Position numbers and translations under genes: made by a program
Notes under the pieces: generated by a model
The model's database searches: none
What the model was told of the DNA's origin: nothing
The model's input: the letters and a program-made list of their open reading frames with translations, nothing else
From: an uncultured Acidobacteriota bacterium
Lineage (GTDB): Bacteria; Acidobacteriota; Blastocatellia; RBC074
Reading direction: 5' to 3'
DNA: 64,000 bases
Assembly (NCBI GenBank): GCA_963796275.1
Contig: CAWCKY010000004.1
Location: 32,001 to 96,000 of the forward strand
Shown here: positions 51,351 through 60,813 of the stretch, in pieces
Layout: each line of letters starts with the position of its first letter
Position numbering within the stretch: the first letter of the stretch is position 1

Positions 51351-53249
51351 CATTCCATGGCACGACGCAAGAACAATGGCAACTTGCTGCGGCAGATACA
51401 TTCCGTGCCGCTGGCAGGAGGTGGTGGGGTTTCCCATGTAAATGATTATTCTTATGACCCGCTCAATCGAGTGACATCAGTGTTTGAGCAACAACAATCG
51501 CAGAACAATCCATTGCTCCCGGTCTTCAGGCAAACCTACATTTATGATCGATGGGGCAATCGGAGGATTGAGCAAGCGGGCACCAGCGAGGTCATGTTGC
51601 AATGGAATGAGAATGGAAGCTGGGAGCATCGAGCATACTGGGGAGCGAACACCATTACGATATGGGGAGTGGATGGGACGGCGAGTCGGAAGAATATAGG
51701 GCCGTTGCCTCCAACAGGACAGTGGGTGCGATTGGAGGTCCCTGCGAGCGCAGTGGGATTGGAGGGGAAGACGGTCAGTGGGATGGCCTTCACGCTCTAC
51801 GGAGGAAGAGCGAATTGGGATAAGGCCGGGAAGGCAAGATTGGTGAATAACGGAGCGATCAACGGGAGGGCATATACGGTCGATCCGGTGAACAATCGGC
51901 TGACAGCTGTAGATGGAGTGATGATGAGTTACGATGCAGCCGGGAATCAGACCAATGACGGCAGCGGATTACGTAAATACGATGGCGAGAACCGTATGGT
52001 GGAAGCGTATAATGCGGATGTGCTGGTGAGCCAGTATGTCTATGATGCGGATGGAAAGCGAGTGAGGCGGATCATCGGTGGGCAGGAGACGTGTCAGGTC
52101 TATGGGATGGGAGGAGAGTTGCTGGCTGAGTACGCTGCTGGTGCTGCGCCGAGTGTGGCTCAGAAGGAATACGGATATCGGAACGGGCAGTTGCTGGTGG
52201 TGTGGGATGGGAGCGAGATGGTAAACCAGCAGTTGAAATGGCTGGTGCAAGACCATCTTGGATCGACCAGGATGGTTGTTGATCGATCAGGAAGCCTAGG
52301 AGGAGTAAGACGAAACGATTTTTTACCCTTCGGCGAAGAGCTTGGAAGTGGGATTGGGCTCAGAAGCGCGAGCATCGGTTATGGCGACGATTCGGTTCGT
52401 CAGAAGTTCACTGGTGAGGAGAGGGATGATGAGACCGGGTTGGATTTCTTCGGAGCGAGATACTACGCAAGCGTGCAAGGGAGATTTACCAGCCCTGATG
52501 AATTTAACCCTATCCTAGGGAAACAAGGAGCAGACGATAAGGAAAAAGCAGAGAAAGAGTTTAGACAATGGCTGTCGCAACCAGCGCGCTGGAATCGATA
52601 TGCCTACTGTCTGAATAATCCCGTAAGTTGTATTGACCCTGATGGGATGGACCCAATCACAGTCAATCTCAATATCATTTATGATCAGGGCTCAAACTAT
52701 ACAGAGGAAGAGAAGAAGCGCATCCGTCAGACTTATATCGAGCAGGCTCAGAAAAGGTTTGGCACAGTAGATATTAAGTTCAACGTTACTGAAACTGTCG
52801 GTAGTGCTATCAATCTAGGAAGTGAGACTAGGCAATCTATTGCGAGTGGAGCCGTTGAAGGGGCTGTAAACGTGTTTTTCACAAAGAGTTACATCGGTTC
52901 CTCAAGTGAGGTATCACGTTATCACAGGGGAGATATATTCATTAACACTGTAAGAGGCCCTGATCCATCTGATTTGACACATGGACTTATCCATGTTTTT
53001 GGCATCGCTAGCGGTGTAAACGGATATTGGGCTACTCCGAGAAATCTTATTGGCGCATCTTTCACTGGTATCGTGCCAGGATTCGCTGAGTATCGCACCC
53101 AAAGTGTTGAATATTTATTAAAGCGTAAAGAAAGTAACTATTATGGAAACTATTATTATGCTAAAACAGGGCTGGAACCGATTGATGGTTATCAACAAAG
53201 GGCGCTGAGAGTTATACGTCAAGGCGCCCAAAGGTATTTGCACAAATAG
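51231..53249 (+). CDS. Orphan/deleted RHS core with C-terminal toxin domain
   Basis: YD repeats, DHLGSTR, QKFTGEERDDETGLDFFGARYY..GRFTSPD, NRYAYCLNNP..DPDG, then about 200 aa of variable tip. Confidence 0.85.
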   Translation: MTLIHKFSIWQMGPAMMCLSPPTQQSDILIAMAIHLHIQIHSMARRKNNGNLLRQIHSVPLAGGGGVSHVNDYSYDPLNRVTSVFEQQQSQNNPLLPVFRQTYIYDRWGNRRIEQAGTSEVMLQWNENGSWEHRAYWGANTITIWGVDGTASRKNIGPLPPTGQWVRLEVPASAVGLEGKTVSGMAFTLYGGRANWDKAGKARLVNNGAINGRAYTVDPVNNRLTAVDGVMMSYDAAGNQTNDGSGLRKYDGENRMVEAYNADVLVSQYVYDADGKRVRRIIGGQETCQVYGMGGELLAEYAAGAAPSVAQKEYGYRNGQLLVVWDGSEMVNQQLKWLVQDHLGSTRMVVDRSGSLGGVRRNDFLPFGEELGSGIGLRSASIGYGDDSVRQKFTGEERDDETGLDFFGARYYASVQGRFTSPDEFNPILGKQGADDKEKAEKEFRQWLSQPARWNRYAYCLNNPVSCIDPDGMDPITVNLNIIYDQGSNYTEEEKKRIRQTYIEQAQKRFGTVDIKFNVTETVGSAINLGSETRQSIASGAVEGAVNVFFTKSYIGSSSEVSRYHRGDIFINTVRGPDPSDLTHGLIHVFGIASGVNGYWATPRNLIGASFTGIVPGFAEYRTQSVEYLLKRKESNYYGNYYYAKTGLEPIDGYQQRALRVIRQGAQRYLHK

Positions 53250-53283
53250 CATTTCCTCACTTGAGTACAGGGAGGATAATAAC

Positions 53284-53586
53284 ATGGTAATCAATAAAGC
53301 CATTTTGAAACGTGAATTAGCAATCTTAGCACAGTATTTCATCATCTCGCTCATAGCAGCGTTGTGGGCCTATAATGCGATTATGACTGACATATTCCCA
53401 CTTGAGGGAACAGTAGATATTAACCCGCGGAGTGTTCTACGAGTAATGTGGCAGATATACTTGTTCCCCTTTGTAAGCGCCTTTTTTACTTTAAGCGTTT
53501 TGAGAGTTCTATATCTACTCTTATTTGATAAGAAGAGTAGGAAGAATGAAACAGCTGATTCAAATACCATAATAGCGGGTGAGTAG
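53284..53586 (+). CDS. Small two-TM protein, putative RHS immunity
   Basis: GGAGG RBS; AT-rich; immediately after the toxin tip. Confidence 0.6.
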   Translation: MVINKAILKRELAILAQYFIISLIAALWAYNAIMTDIFPLEGTVDINPRSVLRVMWQIYLFPFVSAFFTLSVLRVLYLLLFDKKSRKNETADSNTIIAGE

Positions 53587-54263
53587 GCAGGTAGACGAAG
53601 GCGCGCGATTTTTCTTAATGTACGTACCACACAGGCCAATGGGAAAAGGAAAGGTCATCTGATAATGGTTTTATGTTCGCGGGTCAATGGGCGAGGTGGA
53701 AGCGGTTGGTCGGCGCGAACATAAAACGCCATTATCAGGACGCCCGGCTTCCATTGATCCACCCCCCTTGCGCATCGGCTCCGGTCGCGGCTCGCGCACT
53801 CGCACGCTCCCTCCGCCGAACGCCCCCCTCATATGGGGGCTTGCGCCAGAAAGGGCACCGAGGTTCGTCTTCCCTTCCGATCGGTCCTGCCACGAAAGAA
53901 AACAGCAGCTAAAGAAAAAGCAGCAAGGCGCGAGGTTCTTTTCATTGATCGAGTGGCCGCAAGGATCATTGCGCAAGCCCTCAGTTACTTTCGATTCCGC
54001 TCCGGTGCGCGGGGAGCCTCCGCAGTAATGAGGGCTGCTCCGGCTCCCCGCGCACCTACGCTCCCTCCTGATGAAAGCGCAGAGCTACAACTATAGTAGT
54101 TCTCACAAGAGGCCTGCCTTTACGACCTCTCCGCTTTCCCCAACACCGATCTTCTGCAATTGCGTTCTCTGACCTACAAATGGATACTAACGCATACGTA
54201 AGCATCTTGTCAAGTAAATACTTACGCTTGCGTAACTATTCATCCGGCTGTAAGATTCGCCTC

Positions 54264-54449
54264 ATGGACACATACACAACAGTGGAAGCCGCTAAAATGT
54301 TGGGCATCACGTCGGCGCGTGTGCGTCAAATGGTTCTCGCTGGCGATATTAAAGCGGAAAAGAAAGGGCGGGACTTGCTCATTCCGAAAAGCGAGATCGA
54401 GAAAGCCAAACGCCGCAAGACGACGCCTGGCCCGGAACCTCAGAAGTAA
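54264..54449 (+). CDS. Excisionase-type HTH DNA-binding protein
   Basis: YTTVEAAKMLGITSARVRQMVLAGDIKAEKKGRDLLIP. Confidence 0.8.
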   Translation: MDTYTTVEAAKMLGITSARVRQMVLAGDIKAEKKGRDLLIPKSEIEKAKRRKTTPGPEPQK

Positions 54450-55053
54450 GTGGACTAGTTGAGTGCTCGCTACTTGCACTTGGCAATGCTGCCGGCGGAT
54501 TGTGTTCTCGTATCGCTATCGTAGTTCGAAGCGGCGCGCTTTTTAAGAGGCGCGGCGTTGAATCTGCCTCCGGCGCTGTTTGCGTAGTAAAAGATGTAGG
54601 TAGGCAGCCTTTTCATTCAATTCAATTCATCTCATGCCTCCTTTTATTTGGAATTGCGACAGTAAAGGGGCACATCTTTAGATGGACATGGGGGTCAAGT
54701 CTTTAGATGTGCTCCTTCCCGATGTAACCCCTCGTTGAATTTTGCGACTCGTCATTTCGGGATTTTCCATTTCTCTTAGTGGCGCTCTTTTTGTGTTTTC
54801 GTTTGCAGGTGTGTCAAAGCTCGAAAGTTCCGTGACAAAGAAAAAATTGCGGCCTCTCACTCCTGAGCGTTCTCGCCTCTCGCCTGAAATTTTTACTTTG
54901 GCGCGGAACTTTCGAGCTTTGACCCCGAAAACGAAAACCTACAATTGCCACTGGAAATGGAACATTGAGCGCATCGGCTATGCCCAGAGGTGTGGTGAGA
55001 AATTGATCGAGGATTGCCGCGCTGGCCGAGAATCAGGCGGCCAAAGGTTACAG

Positions 55054-55260
55054 TCAGACTTTGACTTTTGTGTGACGACGCAATTGCCGAGTTGCGTCGT
55101 CACACTTTCTATTTAATGGAGAACAGCCTGAGCAAATGCCCTCAGAACCTGGGCGAGTTGAGATATGAATTTCTTTTCGCTGTCCGGCTCTATCTTTGAG
55201 TGTCAGTTTGAGCAGCTTCAATGCTCGTTTCATCGTCGAATGCGAGACCATGGGACCACC
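55054..55260 (-). pseudogene. 3' half of tandem winged-HTH gene split by the IS21 transposon
   Basis: GGPMVSHSTMKRALKLLKL completes the third repeat of the 59859-60330 fragment. Confidence 0.8.
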
Positions 55261-55570
55261 TGTAGACGGACATCAGAATGTGTAGAAAAATGACCGATTG
55301 AACCGAGGCCGACCAAGAGCGTCATCTAATGAGTGAAATCTGACGGAAGAGATCTTCCACCTATCATCATCCTCATTATCCTGATTGTGGTTTTCTGGAA
55401 TCCCTGAGTTCTGATAGTGTGCGTTGCGAGACGGAGCAGATGAACCCCAGTTGTTAGCGCAACTGGGGTTCTACTTTAGTCGCCTCGAGGCCGAGGCAAC
55501 ACACCTAAAAAGCAAGGCTATGTTGCCATCATTGGGCGCCTGAAGTCCACTGCCCCCCGCTCAGTTCGGG

Positions 55571-55999
55571 ATGGTAGCACCTCACGACCTCACCTTTCAC
55601 CAGAAGTTCTGCGTGGCGCCCGACTGCCGCGCCATGTTCTTCATCTGTTCCCGCTGTGACCGGGGGCATCGCTATTGCAGCCATCCCTGCCGCCGCAGGA
55701 CTCGTGTCGCACAACGGCGCGAGGCTTGCCGCCGTCATCAACGCAGCCTTGAAGGCCGGCTCGACCATCGAGATCGTCAACGTGCCTACCGGCTGCGCCA
55801 AGCAGCAGCCAGGCGAGCCGCTCAGGAACTTTCCGTGACGGATCATACTCCCCAGCCCTCTCCAACTTCGGTACGGTTCCTCTCGCCCCATCGCTGCTAC
55901 AGGTCGATACCGGCCGTCCCAGCTTCCGGCCGGGCCGTGTGTCGTGTCTGCGGGCGGGAAGGAACCTTCATCGCCCCTTTTCATCACATTCTGAGGTGA
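55571..55999 (+). CDS. Cys/Arg-rich putative zinc-finger accessory protein
   Basis: [22 protein letters not shown], Arg-rich helix, C-terminal CRVCG; stop 4 bp before istA. Confidence 0.7.
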   Translation: MVAPHDLTFHQKFCVAPDCRAMFFICSRCDRGHRYCSHPCRRRTRVAQRREACRRHQRSLEGRLDHRDRQRAYRLRQAAARRAAQELSVTDHTPQPSPTSVRFLSPHRCYRSIPAVPASGRAVCRVCGREGTFIAPFHHILR

Positions 56000-56003
56000 A
56001 GAG

Positions 56004-57486
56004 ATGATCTCAAAAGAACAAATCGCCACCATTCGCCGCCTCTATTATGCAGAGCATTGGAAGGTCGGCACGATCGCCGCTGAAATGCGGCTCCATCCGG
56101 AGACCGTCAAGCGCGCTCTCCTCAATTCCTCTCTCGATCTACGGACCTGCCGGAGAGAGGAGATCAATCCCTGGCTCGGTTTCATCAGGCAAACACTCGA
56201 TCAACATCCGCATCTGCGGGCCACACGGCTCTATGAGATGATGCGCGGCCGCGGCTACCAGGGGAGCCTTCGCCAGGTTCGGCGGATGGCCGAGAAGGTG
56301 CGCCCCCTCAAGCGCGAAGCCTTTCTCCGTCTCTCGGTTCTGCCAGGTGAGCAGGGACAGGCCGATTGGGCGTCTTTCGGCGAGGTCCGCATCGGCAGCA
56401 GTTTCAGGAAGCTCTCCTGCTTCGTCATCACCCTCTCCTATAGCCGGGCTCTTTATCTGGAATTTTTTCTGGACCAGACACTGGAAAGCCTGCTCCGTGG
56501 ACACGTCAATGCTTTTGCCGATTGGGTGTCGGTCCCAAGAGCCGTCTTATACGATAATATGCGCCAGGTCGTGCTGGAGCGCTTTGGCAACTCAATCCGA
56601 TTTCATCCCAGGCTCCTCGACTTGTGCGGCCACTATCATTTCGCCGCTCTCCCCTTGCCGGCCCGGTCGCGGCAATGAGAAGGGACGGGTCGAACGCGCC
56701 ATCCGCTATATTCGCGATTCCTTCTTCGCCGCTCGCCGCTTCACCTCTCTCGAGGACTTCAACCGGCAGGCGCTGGAATGGCGCGATCGCGTCGCGCACC
56801 AGCGCCCCTGGCCCGATGATGATTCCCGCACTGTCGGCGAGGTCTTCGCCGAAGAGAAAACCCGCCTGCTCCCGCTCCCGGCTCACCCTTTTGAGACCGA
56901 TCTGGTCACAAGCGTACACTCCGATAAGACGATCTATATCAGGCACGACGGAAATGACTATTCCATCCCACATACCCTGGTCGGCAAGCGGCTGACGCTG
57001 GTCGCCTCGCAATCCACGGTTCGGATTCTCGACGGCATCGTGGAGGTCGCTCGCCACCGGCGCAGCTACGACCGTCACCAGCGGATCGACGATCCGGTCC
57101 ATCTCGCCAACCTCGTCGCATTCAAACGCAAAGCCCTGGGTGCGACCGCCGTCGACCGCCTCGAACATGCCGTCCCGCAGATCGAGAGCTTTCTCACCGC
57201 CGCTTTCGAACGCGGCGAATCGATCGCACGCCAGACGGCCCAGTTGCTGACTCTGCTCGATGACTACGGCGCCGACCAGTTGCGCGTCGCCATCGCCGAA
57301 GCTCTCGATCACAATACTCCGCGGGCCTCATCGGTGGCCTTCATCTTGACCCGCCGCTTGCGCTCCCATCGTCGCCCGCTACCAGTCGATCTGAGCAGAC
57401 GCCCGGAACTCGATTCCATCTCAGTGCCCACCCATCAACTGGAGCTCTATGACGATCTCTTAAGGGAGAATTCTGATGAACAATGA
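56004..57486 (+). pseudogene. istA: IS21 transposase IstA with a frameshift near 56650
   Basis: [17 protein letters not shown] in one frame; [23 protein letters not shown] in another. Confidence 0.9.
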
Positions 57487-58261
57487 TCTCGCCGCGAACT
57501 TGACCAGAATCGGCCTCCGGGCCACGGCCGAACACCTGGATGACTTCATCGCCCGCGCCACCACCAGGCGCCTGGCACCACGTGCCATTCTCGAGCAGAT
57601 CGCCGAGGCTGAGATGGCCGACCGCGTGACTCGCAATCATCAGCGGCTCCTGAAACAGGCTCGGATCGGCCGCTTCAGGCCGATCTCCGATTTCGACTGG
57701 GACTGGCCCAAAAAGATCGACCGCGAGTTAATTGAGCGCGCCTTGACCCTCGACTTCATCTCCGAGCCTCGCAACATCATTCTCCTCGGCGCGAATGGAC
57801 TCGGGAAAACAATGATCGCTAAAAATATCGTTGCGGCAGCCGTCAATGCCGGTCACAGCGCCATGTTCCGCACGGCCTCCGATCTCCTGGCTGACTTGCA
57901 ATGCGACTCTCCTCAAGCGCGCCGCCGCAAATTCAGCTACTACGCCCGTCCACGAGTTCTCTGCATTGACGAGGTCGGATACCTCTCCTATGACTCCAAT
58001 GCTGCGGATCTGCTCTACGAAATCGTTAACCGCCGCTATGAGCGGTCGGCGCTTTTGATAACTACTAACAGAGGCTTCAAGGACTGGAATCAGGTCTTTC
58101 CCAACGCCACCTGTATCGCCACGCTGCTGGACCGACTCACGCATCACGCCGACATCGCCATCATCGAAGGCAAAAGTTATAGGGTTCGCGAGAGCGAGTT
58201 GGAGTCGACGGCCCGCCGCAAAACTTCGTCGCCAGATTCAAAGAACGCCAGCGAATCCTAG
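57476..58261 (+). CDS. istB: IS21 helper AAA+ ATPase IstB
   Basis: [35 protein letters not shown]. Confidence 0.95.
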   Translation: MNNDLAANLTRIGLRATAEHLDDFIARATTRRLAPRAILEQIAEAEMADRVTRNHQRLLKQARIGRFRPISDFDWDWPKKIDRELIERALTLDFISEPRNIILLGANGLGKTMIAKNIVAAAVNAGHSAMFRTASDLLADLQCDSPQARRRKFSYYARPRVLCIDEVGYLSYDSNAADLLYEIVNRRYERSALLITTNRGFKDWNQVFPNATCIATLLDRLTHHADIAIIEGKSYRVRESELESTARRKTSSPDSKNASES

Positions 58262-58284
58262 TTACCGCAGCATCGGAGATCGCC

Positions 58285-58625
58285 GTGCAGACCGACCAAT
58301 CCAATTATCTCGAGGCTCTTCTCAAGCTCTACCTCGGCTTGCCTGAAACACCCTCTCAGGCAAGCCCCTCCGACATGCGCCTGGCTTGTGGCCTATACCA
58401 ACAGCGGATCACGCTTGAAACCGTGGAAGCGGCGCTGCTACTGGCTTCCGTGCGCCGTTTGTTCCGCGACCCGTCTCTTCCTCCATTGCCGCCGATCCGC
58501 TCGCTCAATTACTTCCTCCCGGTCATCAGCGAAATCTCAGCCAACCTCCGCTCCCCCACAACTATCTTCACTACCTTCGTTACAAACTTGAATCCTATGC
58601 CGCCCGGAATCCGGCCTCGAACTGA
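58285..58625 (+). CDS. Hypothetical accessory protein after istB, probable frameshift near 58550
   Basis: YLEALLKLYLGLPETP..VEAALLLASVRR..PIRSLNYFLPVISE; plausible tail NYLHYLRYKL in a shifted frame. Confidence 0.55.
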
Positions 58626-58819
58626 ACTGACTGTAACTTTCCAGGATAGCATTTCTCACCAGAGCGATATTGGGCATAATACTTTCGACTCGCCATCGGT
58701 TTTACCGCCAATGCAGGTGGTTGCCACTGAAACAGTGGGCCCTCTAGCGAGCTGTTTCAGTTCGGACAGTTTTCGTGAATCTGGTGGCCTCGACAAATCC
58801 GGCAAGGAGGAGACGCAAA

Positions 58820-59704
58820 GTGAGAGACCTAAAGGAACATCCAGTATGCGGTGACGAGTCACCGCGTGACCTGACACGGCGCGATTTCGTTGCGTTGTCC
58901 CTGGCAGCTAGCCTCGTTGCGGCTGGGCACTCGGCACCGGCTGCAGAACTGCCGGTCACCGAGACCAATGTTAAGGTCAAGACCTCGGACGGCACGTGCG
59001 ATGCGGTCTTTTTTCATCCGACGACCGGTACCTATCCGGGGGTGCTGCTTTGGCCGGATTCAAATGGCCTGCGTCCTGCGCTCCGCGAACTCGGTCGGCG
59101 CCTTGCGGCTGAGGGATATTCGGTGCTCATACCAAATCACCTCTACCGATTGGCCACGGCCCCCGTGTTCGACGAGTCGTTCAATCCTGTTAAGAATCCA
59201 GCCGACAAAGAGAAATATAACCGGATTGCGGCGCCGTTCTTCGCGCCTGGTGCAGTAGAGCGAGATGCTGTCGCCTATGTCGCTTTCCTGGATGCGCAAC
59301 GGCAAGTGGATAAGAAGAAGAAGATCGGAACCCACGGCTACTGTCTGGGTGGGTGGTCCATGGTGAAGACCGTGGCGACATTGCCCCAGCGCGTAGGTGC
59401 GGGAGCTTCTTTCCACGGCGGCCGTCTGGTTACCGACCAACCCGACAGCGTGCATCTGCTTGCACCGAAGATCAAGGCACGCCTCTATTTTGCGGTCGCA
59501 TCAGATGACGACAAGCGACAGCCCGAGGTGAAAGAAAAGCTCAAAGAAGCATTGGCGGCAGCGAAGGTGAATGCTGAGATAGAGATATATCCGAACGCCT
59601 TGCATGGATGGTGCGTGCCCGACAATAAGCCGGCCTCTGAAAACAAGATTGACGCGGAGCGTGCCTGGGGTAAGCTCATAGCCCTGTACAAAGCAGCATT
59701 GTGA
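58820..59704 (+). CDS. Tat-exported dienelactone hydrolase-family protein (transposon cargo)
   Basis: AAGGAGG RBS + GTG 58820; TRRDF Tat motif; GYCLGG, SFHGG, HGW. Confidence 0.92.
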   Translation: MRDLKEHPVCGDESPRDLTRRDFVALSLAASLVAAGHSAPAAELPVTETNVKVKTSDGTCDAVFFHPTTGTYPGVLLWPDSNGLRPALRELGRRLAAEGYSVLIPNHLYRLATAPVFDESFNPVKNPADKEKYNRIAAPFFAPGAVERDAVAYVAFLDAQRQVDKKKKIGTHGYCLGGWSMVKTVATLPQRVGAGASFHGGRLVTDQPDSVHLLAPKIKARLYFAVASDDDKRQPEVKEKLKEALAAAKVNAEIEIYPNALHGWCVPDNKPASENKIDAERAWGKLIALYKAAL

Positions 59705-59858
59705 CTCCCATCACTAATTTGCAGTCTGCGACGAGTATTGAAATATTCCACACCTAATAATTCGGGGAAAATACCGCCATTAAATTTGGGAAGTTACATC
59801 TCCCTGTCCCACTCGGCCCAATCGGTCATTTTCTTTCACATTTACATGGCCGGTAACA

Positions 59859-60330
59859 CCACCAGCCCCTTTGATAACCTCACATAGCTTGTTGATTGTT
59901 ACCTTGGTGTCCGCAGCCACCGCTGCGCGAATCATTTCGTCATAATCCTTCAGCATTCTGTCTCTGCCCGGTCCGTCCTTCGGCGATCGCATTTTCAGCC
60001 CTAGCCGCTTCAATGCTTTGCTCATGGTGTTAGGTGAAACGATGGGACCACCGGTGACTGCAAGCGCCGCGCACAACTCGGCGCGCGTTGCCTTAGGGTG
60101 TTCTTCCATTATTGCACGAATCTTTACTTCATCGTCTGGTTGTAAGATTCTTGTTCCCACTCGTGGACCTGTACTTGTGAGAGACAAATTGAGCCGCTTC
60201 AATTCCCGGCCCATGGTGTAACGCCGGACGCTAGGACCGCCGGCAGTTTTTACCAGCTCGCACAACTCAGCCAGCGTTACGTGCGGGTGCACGGCCACCG
60301 CTGCGCGAATCTTTTCCTCGTGATCAGATA
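59859..60330 (-). pseudogene. 5' half of tandem winged-HTH (IS630-like HTH) gene
   Basis: Three repeats of IRA..HP..T.AELC.....GGP.V...TM...LKRL.L; the third is cut at GAGG. Confidence 0.78.
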
Positions 60331-60813
60331 GCCGCTATTCTCGGAACCAAGGTCAAGATTATCTACAGACGCAAACAAACGCTTGTTCTCAAACTCGCAA
60401 AGCTTGTGCGGAATGGCCAGATATAGCGAAGAAAAATAATTTCGCTGGCGAAGGTGAATTTGCCCGCGAACTGTCTCTATATACATGACAGTCAACAAAC
60501 GATCAAAATCATTTGAGTAAGCGATGTTGCATTGAGTCAGCTTTCTTAGTCTGTAATTGTGCCCACGTATGGGATATGGACGTTAGTAATAAGTAGTAAT
60601 ATTCTCGATGATGGTCTCTCACAACAACTTATCCTTACACTGATCGAGGGTAACTGGATTAATTCCGTTCGTTCAGCGGTCACGCTTCATTTAAGATCTG
60701 GCTCCAAGCAGTCGGACATCACCACATTTATAAGTATTCCACTAGTGGACACAGATTGAGCCACTAGATGAAGTAAACCTAGGAATCATTTCACCGCTTA
60801 GGAGGTTCCAGCT

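Larger units (their letters stand above)
55261..59858 (+). mobile_element. IS21-family cargo transposon, 4598 bp
   Basis: Ends TGTAGACGGACATCAGAATGTGTAGAAAAATGACCGATTG and (rc) TGTTACCGGCCATGTAAATGTGAAAGAAAATGACCGATTG; CCACC at 55256-55260 and 59859-59863. Confidence 0.92.

Noticed and set aside
56506-57312. 268-aa minus-strand ORF
   Set aside because: Antisense shadow of istA.
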